A DNA stretch of 64,000 nt from Octopus vulgaris (Eukaryota). Position 1 is the first letter of the stretch, and each line of letters begins with the position of its first letter. The notes below the pieces were generated by a model. That model worked only from the letters and a program-made list of their open reading frames with translations, was not told where the DNA came from and did no database searches. Below are positions 48,471 to 61,861 of the stretch, in pieces. A program made the translations under genes and the position numbers. Location of the stretch: assembly GCA_951406725.2 (NCBI GenBank), contig OX597831.1, forward strand, positions 64,480,001 through 64,544,000. The letters run 5' to 3'.

Positions 48471-50726
48471 TAATAATAATGATGATTTCAAATTTTGGCA
48501 CAAGGCCAAGAAGTTCAGGGTAGAAGGTAAATCGATTACATCGACTCCAGTTTTCATCTGATACTCATTTTATCAATCCCAAAAAGTGAATGGCAAAGTG
48601 GACCTCGGCAGAAATTGAACTAATAATAATAACAATCTCCTCTGTACCATTCCAATTTTAGTATATGTACTGCCAAAGCTAGTACAATAATAATAATAAT
48701 AATGAATAATCATGACAACTGTTTACTTTTCTTTATTGGCTTCAAGAGTTTGAAGAGATACAATAAAATGCAATGATTGTTAAATGGGACAGTGGAGTTA
48801 CAAAGGCATTTAGGGTGGGACAAAAAGGTATACAAAGATGAAGGGAATGGTGAAAGGCATTATGCAACTGAAGTGGTCATAGGATTAAAAATTTATAAAA
48901 CAAATAACCGCATACAAATAAATTGAAAGTATCATCATCATCATCATCATCGTTTAACGTCCGCTTTCCATGCTAGCATGAGTTAGACGATTTTGACTGA
49001 GGGCTGGCGAACCAGAAGGTTGCACCAGTCTCCAATCTTGATTTGGCAGAGTTTCTACAGCTGGATACCCTTCCTAATGCCAACCACTCTGAGAGTGTAA
49101 TGGGTGCTTTTTATGTGCCACTGGCACGGGGCCCAGTCAGGCGGTACTGGCAACGACCTCGCTCGAATCCTTTTACACATTCCACCAGCACAGGTGCCAG
49201 TAAGACGATGTTGGTAACGATCACACTCTAATGGTGCCCTAAAAGTCAAGAATAAAGCATAAAATACTTTGTGTTCTTATCTATATATTGATTAGGTTGG
49301 GTTAGAGCACCCCCGTTTCGCTACCAGCTCACTATTGCTCATATTGCTCTCATGCACTCAAAGGGGCCATTAACATGGGGATGTCTTCAGGGGATGCGTT
49401 TTTCATTTTATTGTACTGTCTTTGTATTGTTTTTACCAAAAATCAATGGAAATTGTAGTTGTGATCCCTGTGCCAGTGGCACGTAAAAAGCACCGTCCTA
49501 ACATGGCCAATACCAGCGCCACCTTGACTGGCTTCTGTGCCGGTGGCACGTAAAAAGCACCAACCGATCGTGGCCGTTGCCAGTCTAGCCTGGCACGTAA
49601 AAAGCACCCACTACACTCATGGTGTGGTTGGCGTTAGGAAGGGCATCCAGCTGTAGAAACACTGCCAGATCAGACTGGAGCCTGGTGCAGCCTTCTGGCT
49701 TCCCAGACCCCAGTCGAACTGTCCAACCCATGCTAGCAAGGAAAACGGACGTTAAACAATGATGATGATAATGATTATGATTCTTTTCATGTCTTTTGTA
49801 TTCGCAATCCATCTGTATCAATGTCATTCTGACATCACCGTTATAATCCCTTGCACCACAGATATGTGATTCTGTCGAATTGATGTTAGTTTGGTCTTCG
49901 AATGATGGTGAATCTCAGTTCATCATCCACCTCATCATTGTGTTTGTCATTACTCTGAAGAAAGGCATCATCATCATCATTTACCATTTATTTTCCATGC
50001 TGACATTGCATGGATGGTTTGACAGGAGTTGGCATACTAAAGAACTGCACCAGGCTCCCTTTGTCTATCTCGACATGGTTTCTAAAACAGCCAATCAAAG
50101 CCTGGTGTAGATTATTCCCCTTCAACCATTTCTTTTTTTTGTTTTGTTTTCTGTAGGCTTTTTTTTTACCCCTCTTTTTTAGAGACTTCTTTTTGTTTTT
50201 CCCCGTTTGTATTTCCCTTGGCAATTTGGGAACTTATCTCCACAGCCAACATAGCATCATCATCATTATTACAAGACAGTTGGTAAGTGTTGTGGAGACT
50301 GAGGTTTGCTGTTGCTGTCAACATTTAACTATGGCTGGAAGAAAAGATTCCTCAGCTTTTGGCATTGAGGCTAAAGCAACTCCTCCAACAATTCCAAGAC
50401 TTCAACCTGTGGTGCTGCTGGAATGACAATCTCTAGATCTTGCTGGTGTTAACATCCTTTTTTTCGTTTTTTTTTTTTTAATTTTACAGGGCAGAAAGCA
50501 TTCATGTGACTCTTGCAGAACTGGCTCTACCTACTAAAAGCTTTTTTACATGAGGTGCACAGCTAAAGGAAAATTTCAGGATATGTCTATTAAATACATG
50601 TGTGTGTGTGTGCATGCATGTGTGTACATATGTGTGCGTGTTTGTCCCCCACCACCACTTTACAACCAGTGTTGGTGTGTTTCTGTCCTTGTAGCATAGT
50701 GGTTCGGCAATAAAAGACCTATAGAA

Positions 50727-51130
50727 TTCTTTTACTCTTTTACTTGTTTCAGTCATTTGACTGCGGCCATGCTGGAGCACCGCCTTTAATCGAGCAACTC
50801 GACCCCAGGACTTATTCTTTGTAAGCCTAGTACTTATTTTATCGGTCTCTTTTGCCGAACCGCTATGTGACGGGGACATAAACAAACCAGCATCAGTTGT
50901 CAAGCAATGGTAGGGGGACAAACACAGACACACAAACATACACACACACATATATATACATATATACGACGGGCTTCTTTCAGTTTCCGTCTACCAAATC
51001 CACTCACAAGGCTTTGGTCGGCCCGAGACTATACTAGAAGACACTTGCCCATGGTGCCACGCAGTGGGATTGAACCCGGAACCATGTGGTTGATAAACAA
51101 GCTACTTACCACACAGCCACTCCTGCGCCT
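50727..51130 (-). mobile_element. SINE family A nested in an older + strand SINE tail
   Basis: Full reverse copy; the host tail resumes at about 51131. Confidence 0.88.
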
Positions 51131-51435
51131 ATAAGCACTATACTTAAAGAAATCAGTCCTAGGTTCGAGTTGTTCAACTAAAACTCTTCAAGACGGTGCC
51201 CCAGCATGGCCACAGTCAAATGACTGAAACAAGTAAAAGGAAAAAAATTTCAATTTGAGTTTATTTGGGGTTATCTCCCTTGATTTTAGATTTTAAGCAC
51301 TTAGAATGAGGTTTGTTTTGTTGACTGCCTGAATGATCAAAGTTCAATAACCCAAGCAGTATAAGTATGAGATTCTATTATAGGTGTATTGAATATGAAG
51401 AATACTCCCTGAGATGCTTTACATCAGCACTTTTG

Positions 51436-51841
51436 GGATCTTTTCGGTTTGAACGGCAATTTTTAACATAATTTCTAGGTAACTAAAAAATTTTAAACTT
51501 CGTATACTGGTAGAATATGTTTATAAAACATCTTTTTCTCTTGGCTTTATTGGGAAAATTCTATAGTTTGTAAGATAATTGTAGTTTTTTTTTTCTTCAA
51601 TTTCTGCAATTTCAACCAATCACTGACGTCTATTGAGGTAAAAAAAACATTCTGTGCCATATGAATATGTCCCTCGTTTAAGAAACAGATTGGGTTTATT
51701 TACATTTGTGAAGAAAAAAAGATACCCTTCCCCCCACCCCTAACCCTAACCCTAAAATAGATCGATACTAGGGTCATAATTATGGGTGACAATTTCATAT
51801 GACACCGCTAGAAAAAACTGCCGTTCAAACCGAAAAGATCC
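51436..51841 (+). mobile_element. Merlin-like MITE family 1, copy 4
   Basis: Same TIRs; 8-bp TSD CACTTTTG. Confidence 0.9.
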
Positions 51842-52708
51842 CACTTTTGAACAGAATTTATAATCTGAATGTTATTAGTTCAGTTCCTGGTTATGTTTGC
51901 TGGGTAGTTAATCACCAAACCTCTGATACTGTTAGACACATACACACAGAGGAGGTTAAATCTGTTACAATGTTTACCAGTACCTACAGGCTAACATTAC
52001 TTGTGCTTTGATCAGAAAAATATCAGAAACCTCAGTGCATGAGTATGAATAAATGTATTTGAAATGAATAACTTGTCTGATATATGTTTTGATCTATTTT
52101 TCTAGTTTCCACAGCTCTATATCAGGTGATACATTTATATTTCTTCAATTATTTTATATCGTTATGGTACAAGTCATGGTCACCAAAACTAAATTGTTTA
52201 ACATCCGCCTTCCATGCTGGCATGTGTGTGTGTGTCTTTGTGTCTATGTTTGTCCCACAACTACTTGACAACTGGTGTTGGTGTGTTTACATCCCCATAA
52301 CTTAGTAGTTCAGTATAAGGGACTGATAGAATAAGTACTAGGCTTTAAAAAACACCTGAGGTAGATTTGTTCAACTAAAACCCTTAAGCCCTTCAATAGA
52401 AAGCTTAGTGTAGGAAGAAACTGTGGCAATTTTCTGCTCCACCTCCCCACATGCCATCATGTCACTGCATCTCTTGTTGAAGTCATAACCTTCATTGATT
52501 ATAATCAATAATTATTGGTGGTTGAAACTTTTTGGAGCCACTGACAGTGGACCTTTCCTGGGTCTACTTCTTCCATGGGTTCCCTCCACTGTTAGAGATC
52601 AGCACTTCTTCATGCAGCTGTCCCCGTCCATACACATCACATGACATATCAGTGCAGTCATCTGTGTGTGTGTGTGTGTGTGCATGCATGTGTGTATGTG
52701 TGTGTGTG

Positions 52709-53965
52709 TATACAGCTTCGATGGGTAAATTGTCACCATTTTATATTTTAACTTTATGCATGTGCATTGTTTCTTTTTGATTTTGTCGACTACACAGTAT
52801 AGCAGGGTCAGTTGGGCATTGTCTGTGAGAAAAACAGCACCATGACACAATTCATTCTGCCAGAAACTTGGAAATGATGTTCCGTACTGCTTGTCATTCA
52901 CACTGGAAGCTCCAATACAAACATTTCAGAGTGTTTAGGTATCAATCTGAGGACATGTACCGAGAGAGATAAAAATCAAACATCCAGTCAACATCATGAT
53001 GTTTAGAGTGATCACTAGTGGCGGCGACGTTATGCCTCCATTCATCTTCCCACATGGCCTCACACTCAACACGAAGGCCTACATCAAGTGCCTGGAGAAG
53101 GGAGTGCGGCCCTAGGTCAAGAGGGTGGCTCCTGGAAAACAGGACTTTTGCACCATACTACACAACCAGGAGAACCCAGTTATGGCTGTCAGACAATTTC
53201 TGTGACCACATCACCCCTAACATCTGGCCACCCAACTCCCCAGACTGCAACCCCTTTGATTAATATGTGTGGGGCATAGTTGAGCAAGAGACCAACGAAA
53301 CTCCTTGTAACATCAAAGATGAACTGAAGGCAAGGATTAAGGCAGCATTCACCAACTTAAACAAGGAGGCCATCCAGAAGAGTTGCAGGAGATTCTGAAG
53401 TCGTCTGGAGACCGTGGTTGAAACCAACAGTGATTTTATTTGATAAATATACTCTTTAGTATTTTGAGATAATTTTATGTAATTATGGCAAATTTACTCT
53501 CTCATTTACTTGTTTCAGTTTCTTTGACTGTGGCCATGCTGGAGCACCGCCTTTAGTCAAGCAAATTGACCCGAGAACTTATTCTTTGTAAGCCTAGTAC
53601 TTATTCTATCGGTCTCTTTTGCCGAACCACTAAGTTACGGGGACGTAAACACACCAGCATCGGTTGTCAAGCGATGTTGGGGGGATAAATACAACACACA
53701 AACATACACATATATATATATATACATATATACGACGGGTTTCTTTCAGTTTCCGTCTACCAAATCCACTCACAAGGCTTTGGTCGGCCCGAGGCTATAG
53801 TAGAAGACAATTGCCCAAGGTGCCACGCTGTGGGACTGAACCCGGAACCATGTGGTTCGTAAGCAAGCTACTTACCACACAGCCACTCCTACGCCTATAT
53901 ATCTGTTAAAATGAGATGTCAGTGTTATTTTCATTTTTGGTTAATTTATTCACTGCACCATGTGT
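52709..53965 (+). mobile_element. Decayed, internally deleted Tc1/mariner (maT/DD37D-like) DNA transposon, interrupted by a SINE
   Basis: Frameshifted transposase: MPPFIFPHG, QDFAPYY (QDxAPxH), WPPNSPDCNPFD; TA-CAG start at about 52710. Confidence 0.8.
53500..53896 (-). mobile_element. SINE family A inside the Tc1/mariner remnant
   Basis: Full reverse copy. Confidence 0.9.
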
Positions 53966-54309
53966 ATATATATATATATATATATGCACACACACACATA
54001 GATGTGTGTGCGTGTACTCATATGATAAACCAAAATTCAGAGAAGTGAGCAATGAAATGTTTATTCCATTTGTTGATAGCTGTTTCGTAATCTGTATCCA
54101 GTTACATCAGCAATGCTAAAGCATTTATATAGAAATATATGCATAGGTGTATATATATAGCTGTGTTGAGATGTAATGAATAAGGTTCCTCATCATATTA
54201 TTTCACAATCATCATCATCGTCAGCATTGTTTTTATGTCCACTTTTCCAATGCTTAGAATATATACATACATACATACAGTCAGTTGCCATGATCAATCA
54301 TTAGCCACT

Positions 54310-54472
54310 ACACACATTTTTTTCTCTCCTTGTTTTTTCTGTGTCCCTTTCTATAGAAGAGCGCAGGCTCGAAACGTAAAAGACCTTTTCTCTTCCTGAG
54401 CGTTATACTAACACATCTATTTGCTTTGTACACCACCTGTCTTCGTCTTTTGCTTTTTTCGTAAACTCTCCC
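54310..54472 (+). mobile_element. Penelope-like remnant of another family with degenerate hammerhead motif
   Basis: CUUU..AGAAGAGC GCAG GCUC GAAACGUA AAAG (palindromic ACGU stem III) at 54345-54385. Confidence 0.5.
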
Positions 54473-54749
54473 TACATACATACATACGTATGATGATTGC
54501 TTCATCTTCACAGATAATAGCAATCCCATCAACACACATATCATACCCCATCACACAGCTCAGTCATTCCATTGAAGAGCCCTCAAATGGCTTTTAAGAC
54601 CAGATGCTGATTGAAAGGCTTTAAAACACAAATGATTCATATTATCCAAATTCCTTCTACATCTTTACATTTTGGAATCTGATTCTGAAGGAATATTTTT
54701 GTGAACTAGCATATGTCTTTTAAGTCCAGATATCATTTTGCGCATTTTG

Positions 54750-54996
54750 GCAGAAACGCGAGGGCGGGCAGCTGAAGACCTGGGTTATGACGATCAAGGA
54801 GGACCTCTCCGTGCTCACGGGTCCGCAGGTGGTCGGCTTGCGCCAATGGAACCGTGACTGGCTCGTTATCTCCAGTGGACTGGCGCAGGACCATCATGCG
54901 TGGGCTGCCATGGTTCGAGATGCCTCGAGGGTGGTAGAAGAAGCCGACTCAACCTGCCCAGGGTGAATGTCACTACAAGTACAAGTAAAGTAAGTA
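54750..54996 (+). mobile_element. RTE-clade LINE 3' end
   Basis: RGGQLKTWVMTIKEDL...LAQDHHAWAAMVRD* then a CAAGTA/AAGT-type repeat tail; local GC-rich island. Confidence 0.75.
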
Positions 54997-55102
54997 CATT
55001 TTGTGACTTATAAAACTAGTCGTATGAGGTGGTTGGGGATCAATGATTATTACCTGTCTGGGCATTTCAATTTTCATGTTATTTCATATCTCTCTTTCTC
55101 TT

Positions 55103-55492
55103 TCTCTTTTACTTGTTTCAGTCATTTGACTGTGGCCATGCTGGAGCACCACCTTTAATCAAGCAACTCGACCCCGGGACTTATTCTTTTGTAAGCCCAG
55201 TACTTATTCTATCGGTCTCTTTTGCCGAACCGCTAAGTGACGGGGACATAAACACACCAGCATTGGTTGTCAAGCAATGCTAGGGGGACAAACACAGATG
55301 CACAAACATACATGCACACACGCATATATATATATATACGACGGGCTTCTTTCAGTTTCTGTCAACCAAATCCACTCACAAGGCTTTGGTAAGCCCGAGG
55401 CTATAGTAGAAGACACTTGCCCAAGGTGCCATACAGTGGGACTGAACCCGGAACCATGTGGTTGGTAAACAAGCTACTTACCACACAGCCAC
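55103..55492 (-). mobile_element. SINE family A
   Basis: Full reverse copy. Confidence 0.9.
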
Positions 55493-55803
55493 ATCCATCT
55501 CTGAATGTGCCAACAAATCAGCATCATCAGTGTAAAACAATTCTCTGACAAGTGTTTTGAAAATCTTTGCTTTGCAACTAAACTGAGTAAGATTTGACAT
55601 ATATATAAATGTTGCTTGGTCATTTCCAAACCTGGAAGATAAACTATCAGCTATACTACATTTTAATTGGTTATTTCTCCTTCAGGTAATCAGATAACTC
55701 ATTCCTGGTTATGCCTTCAGTCCTAATTCGATGTTCTAATCATTTAACTCTCACCAGGTCATCAATTACCTCATTCTTTTATGCTTACATACTCACAGAT
55801 TAG

Positions 55804-56100
55804 GGATCTTTTCGGTTTGAACAGCAGTTTTTTAAAATAATTTCCAGGTAACTAAAAAATTTTTAATTTCGTATACTGGTAGAATGTGTTTATAAAACAT
55901 CTTTTTCTCTTGGCTTTATTGAGAAAATTCTATAGTTTGTAAGATATTTGTTGTTTTTTTTCTTCAATTTCTGCAATTTCAACCAATCAATGACGTCTAT
56001 TGAGGTAAAAACATTCTGTGCCATATGAATATGTCTATCGTTTAAGAAACAGATTGGGTTTATTTACATTTGTGAAGAAAAAAAGATACCCTTCCCCCTA
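55804..56100 (+). mobile_element. Merlin-like MITE family 1, truncated copy 5
   Basis: Left TIR plus body, cut off by an RTE 3'-end insertion. Confidence 0.85.
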
Positions 56101-56692
56101 CCTTTGGAAATATGCAGTGCATGAGAAGAACTGGCAAGCCAAATGAGACCATAACCCAGAGCCTATGCCAGGGGTGTAACCAGCCCACTTATGCGTACCT
56201 TTCCTTCATTGGACACTAAACTCTGCTTGCAAAGACCTGTTGAGGCAAGTGAAATCGAAAATGAATCAAATTCGATGATTGGCACCCATACCAGTGGAGC
56301 GCTAAGAGTACCATCCGAGCGTGATCATTGCCAGAGCAGCTGATTCGCTTCTGTGCCGGTGACACGTAAAAATGCCAATGGCACATGAAAAAACAACTGC
56401 GAGGTCGTTGCCAGTGCTGCTGGACTGGCTCCTATACAGGTGGCATGTAAAAAACATCATTTGAGCATGGCTGTTGCCAGTACCACCTGACTGGCCCTCA
56501 TGCTGGTGGCATGTAAAAGCACCCACAACACTCTTGGAGCTGTTGGCGTTAGGCAGGGCATCCAGCTGTAGCAACTCTGCCAGATCAGACTGGAGCCTGG
56601 TGCAGCCATCTGGTTCGCCAGTCCTCAGTCAAATCATTCAACCCATGCTAGGATGGAAAGTGGATGTTAAATGATGATGATGATGATGATGA
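56101..56692 (+). mobile_element. RTE-like LINE 3' end/3'UTR with internal hairpin repeats and (GAT)n tail (about 13 copies, e.g. 5100-5660, 9370-9730, 18730-18960, 19000-19187, 36765-37063, 39970-40240, 43835-44382, 48932-49240, 49440-49770)
   Basis: Shared 3' end ...CCATGCTAGCATGGAAAGCGGACGTTAAA(CGAT)(GAT)n with variable 5' truncation; this longest copy starts with an ORF end LWKYAVHEKNWQAK*. Confidence 0.7.
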
Positions 56693-56725
56693 TATATATA
56701 TATATTAAATTATACTCCCTAATAT

Positions 56726-56756
<31 letters not shown>

Positions 56757-58104
56757 TTATTTAAACTGCAGATAACTCCAAAGGAAAATTATGGCAATAG
56801 ACAATCATATTATCAAGGGATGTTTTATTTCATCTACTTAAGGCTGTGAATGTGTGTGTGTGTGGGTGGGTGTGTTAGTCTATTGTGATTTGTAGAAAGA
56901 TTTATTCCTTAAATATTGAACAAATAAATTTTTTTACAAAATCATTCTCAATTTTGAGACAATTAAGTTTATCTTCCAAAAAAATTAAATTTAATATTAA
57001 CCTATCTCAAAACTTTAGACATACGATTATTGATGAAGACAAAATAGGATCTGGTGATGATGTTTGTATCTTTGCCCGGAATGTTAATTATCTCAAAAAA
57101 TAAACGAAAACGTTCAAATTCCTTGCTGGCCCAGAAAATTAGCACCGCACCAAATGACCCAATACTATCAACCTAAAATTGTTGCAAGTTATCTCCCTTC
57201 AATCATTGTTCCTATTATCGCGGGAGATATTATTGTGTGAATTCTTTTGATTATGTTTACCCGGTGTCTTCTTAATTTCCTAATTATAATCAATAAATTG
57301 ATAGCTAACATACCAACACCTTGTTTATATAGTTTGACTGAAAGCTGAAGAAATTACACAAACAATATGTCAATGATAATGTATTAAACTTAACTGTTTT
57401 GTGAAATCTCCCAAAAAACATTTACACTAACGTTGCTTAAAATTTTAATTGATTTAATTAAAGGAAAATAAGAGTATTAACAGAAAAATTAACTCCGGCA
57501 TCATTTCGGATTGTTGGAAGGGGGCAGAAAGAAAGGGAGAACGAAAGAAAGAGAATGAATAGAAAACTTTGCATTTACTTCATCCATCGGTTTTAAACTT
57601 AATATATAAAGCCGCCGTTAGATCCCCCAAAAAAAAGTATACTCTATCACTGAGACAATTATGCCCAATTATTAAACGTAACAAGGGGATGTCGACTTAA
57701 TAGATTTTAAACCATCTGGTTTCGGTAAACGAACAATTTTCACACTGACAAGGACAATTTTTTAATTAAGTGTGGACTTGTAATAACAAAGGAAACTCCA
57801 GAAGCGAGTAGTGTCTGGTGACAAAGATTATTTTGTATCGCAAACACGGATGATAGATATCTACCCACACGGATCTCGACGATTCTCATAAAACAACAGA
57901 AGATGATGTATAAAGTAGGTAAACAGTTTTTTTTAATTCATAATTATGGATTTCCGATTTTAAGCAGAGACAAAATATAAATATGCATGGTTCTGAGTGG
58001 AAATAGTTTTAACGGAAGATAGCTTTTATGTCGAAGAGCTTAGAGGGTTGCTGTAAGTCGTAGCCGCAACTGGGTGGAGGGAAACATTGGGTGTTTGTAG
58101 TGAC

Positions 58105-58720
58105 AAACAAGGATAAAGAGGAGAGAAAGAGTAAAGTTGTGACAGAGGGATGACAGCTGAGGAAGAGTCATTGGGGAAGTGACAACGGAAAGATAGATGT
58201 GTGTGTGGAAAGGAAGAGAGAGAGAGAGACAGGCAGAGAAATGAGTGGGGTGAGAAAAATATTAAAGCGATGAGTAAGGAGAGAGATATGTATTAAAGAG
58301 CGAAGTGGAGAGTGTGAGAGTGAATCTGAAATAAAGAGAGAAAGAGAGAGCTGAACGAAGAGAAGCAAAGCAATAGGGAGAGAAAGAAAGGTGTAGAAAG
58401 CTAATAAGAGGTTGGGGGAGAGCATGATATGTAAAATTAGAAAATAGAGAGAGAGAGAAAGATATGGGAAAGGAAGAAGAAGTTTGTACAAGTGAGAGAG
58501 AGGGAGAATGAGAAAAATACGGTAGAAAAGAGGAAGGTGCATATAGAGAGAAAGGTGTAGATAGAGTGATAAATAGAGAAGGGAGAGTCGTATAGATAAA
58601 GTAATAAATAGAGAGGGGAGAGAGGTGTAGATAGAGTAATAAATAGAGAAAGGGAGATGCTTTGAGAAATAAAAGTGGAGAGTCGAGAGAGAAAGAAACA
58701 TGTAGAAACAAGAAAGACTA
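58105..58720. repeat. Purine-rich (GA) low-complexity tract with ~38-bp internal repeats
   Basis: Strong strand asymmetry; repeated GATAGAGTAATAAATAGAGAAGGGAG at about 58555-58660. Confidence 0.85.
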
Positions 58721-61700
58721 AAAGTGAATGTAATTCAGAGTAATTGAACTAGTGTTTCCGGCAATAGAAATCACAGGCATTTAGATCGGTCGATCTATTT
58801 AATCGCTGGATTTTTTTCCCCCTCTTTTGTTTTTACATGAATACATTGATTTTGACAATTTTTTCTCTGCGACATTAAACTCTAAAACCAGTAATGGTAA
58901 GTACCACCGTTTTATTCGATAGGAAGCAACCTGACCGCTTCCACCCGCTTCAGTCATCCCCCCCACCTCGTTATATCATTGTTGTGTCATGTGTTTTATT
59001 ATGATAATTATTATTGTTTGTCTTTTAGAAGCTATTGCTGTATGGATTTATCTCTGAATTACATATGATATCCCTCAGCTACCGACGTCATTTATTGTCA
59101 TATACCGGTGTTTATTGTTACAACAATCGTCTCATTGATGGCCTCAGCTCTCTTAAATGTCCATCTTAAACACACTACCCACACTTCCTGGCCTTCTCTT
59201 TATCTTTCCCTGCACCTCACACATTGTTGACTCCCAGACTTCGGAACTGTCCTTTATTAATAATCTTTTTTTATTTCCCTAAAATGTGAAAAGAAAACGA
59301 GGCACCTGCTTCCAACTAATTATATATATAAACCAAAAAAGCGTGCAAAAGTTGTTTCTTCTCAATTAATAATAATATCGTGAGTATAACATGTAGTCGA
59401 CTTATAAATTTATCTAGTCGCACTCCTTATCTTCTTTTCTCCTTTCATCTGTTCAGTTTTAATTTATGAAAAAAAAAGGCACCGACTTAATTTCTTACAT
59501 TTTCCCCCTTCTGTCTTTTTTTTTTTCATCTTGAAATATTACACTAATCTAATGAGTATCTTCCGACCCACTTTTGCTTCGCCATGTCTTTTAAAATATT
59601 TCGTCAAATCTTTTGCTTAGATGTTACCTCGCATTCTCTTCAATAAGATGCATCATCACTCACCGGTCTCCTCATTTCTCGATTATTAATATATCTCTCT
59701 CTTTTGCCATATTCATCGCTGGAATCTTCTTCCACCTACGAGAGACAATCCATTTCGAAACTAATCTTTGCAGCCATCGTTTTTTTTCTTCCAACATTCC
59801 TAACCCCCAACCTATTGTCCTTATCGACCGATCTCCTGGGACATCTTTGGATGCTTTCTCTATTTCTATTCATGACTCCTTCCATTATTTAGTCAGCGGG
59901 TAACAGACTTTACAGTCATTGGACTAGTTTTATTTGGCAAATGTTTTATTTTCCCAGCTTTGTTGAGCCATATATTAATACAGGCCTATATTATTGTTCT
60001 GGTTATTGTTTCTTGATGCCTCAGAACTGGCACACAAATCGTACCATCTTCAAGGTACGCCGTAATCTGTGGTCATCTGATATTCTGTTTACTCTATAAT
60101 TGGAACATGCAGCTTACCCACACGAAACCTTCTCCGGCACATTCGTGAATATACTGTGCGCTTTCACACATAAATATCAATTATCTCACATTCACATATA
60201 AATATCATTTATATCACATTCATACACACACACACTTTGAAAACACATACATAGATATTCATGTCATGCACATACGTATGTATATTTCCTCACATGAGAC
60301 CCTCCCTCCTCTTTTCATTGGCATTACTTGCACTATCATATTAGTAGTACCCACAACTTTCTATATAGCAACTATGTTGTTATCTTCCTACATTTCTCTG
60401 TCCCTCCGGTCAGTATATATTAGGGTAACTATAGAAACACATTTCTAATTTTCTTTAGCCTATTTATAGCTTTGGTTGGGGCAAGTTATTCTGTTTTATT
60501 TAGTTTAATAAACTAGTTGTAGTAGGCATGTTTCATTGAAATAACGAACATTATTACATCGAGAATAGTCAAAGTAGATTTTTTTCCCTGATAAACAACA
60601 CTCATGTTTGAAGTATCTGTGGTGGTGGTGGTAGTAAATGTAAGAAAAGGACTAACAAGCAAAACTGAGTGAGTGAATAAACAGAATTTTACGCCTTAAG
60701 TTGGTCTACTATCAATTTGACGCGGTCAGATAAGGGACCCCCCCCCACACACACATTCCCCAAGCAATTAAAATATGTGGTGTGCGTGGAGCAATGTCTA
60801 AGTGGTTGAAAGAAGTGTTGTAACAATCACGAAGCTGAAACTCACGATAAATTCTGTTTGCATTTTATAGATAAAAATTTCTGAAATGTTTTTTTTCTGT
60901 ACTATCCAATGCAGCTGCATTTAAGGTATACTTTATTTAGCCAGATGTAATTCAGTTTCTTTGCAATTTTTACATTTACAAAGATTGGTCAGTGATAGAA
61001 TGTTGCATTGGATAATTATACTTTGCTAGGTTTGGTGTTCTAATTCGTCGGGGTTGATCTCGTTTTCCAAATGTCACGTTTTTGGTATTTAATACAAATA
61101 TGCGATAATTGTGCTTTTCAATTTCCATAACACGCTTTAGGTTTAAGGGGTGGAACATCGAAAACAATTGACTAAATATTTTTCAGTACTTAGTCTTGTC
61201 TCTTTCTGTCTCTAGTTCAAATCCTAGTGTAGTAGATTTAACCCCACCCTTCCGAAGCTAGTAGAATAAGTACTAAACATGTAGTGGGACCAATTGACTT
61301 TGATGTGCAGTGTGTTGTGATTAAATTTCATATACTTTAATGCATCTTAAATTTCTAGATATCGAGAAACATTTGTAAAACTTCAATTACAATCCATCAG
61401 AGATCACGTGATAAGAGGTCTTGTATAAGTCAAGGTAAAGCTATTATTTAATAAGTGGCATTTTGCTTGAAATGTCATCGTACCATTTCTTGTAGTATCT
61501 ACTTACATAACACGAAATTCCCTATCATTTTGTTAACTGACAACCATTTTGATTTAAAAAATCTAGCTCGATCCAACAGATAAATTTAAACATCTCCAAT
61601 TGCACTGATATCAGTCTGTCTGGAAGAGCTGGAAAAGTCCACAGATGTCATCACCTTTTCTTCCTACTGGAGGTCATAGAGATATGACAATTTGAGTTTC

Positions 61701-61861
61701 ATTCAGTTAAATTGTGATCTCACAAATGCCTCAATTTTATAAGCTATATTCAGTTTCTCCATGGACAGCAGTATGTGAAGATCTGCCAAATGTCTCTTGC
61801 AAGCACTAGTTCTCAGCATGAATGTTTTGTGTATTTGACACTGAAATGCACTTTAAAATAT

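Noticed and set aside
50245-50450. GC-balanced patch that might be an exon of another gene
   Set aside because: No recognisable protein similarity and no consistent splice sites on either strand
58168-58711. Hydrophobic 149-177 aa ORFs resembling membrane proteins
   Set aside because: Products of the CT-rich strand of a low-complexity GA tract
59560-59910. Possible decayed LINE C-terminal fragment or exon
   Set aside because: Only faint motif resemblance and no convincing splice or frame support; left unannotated
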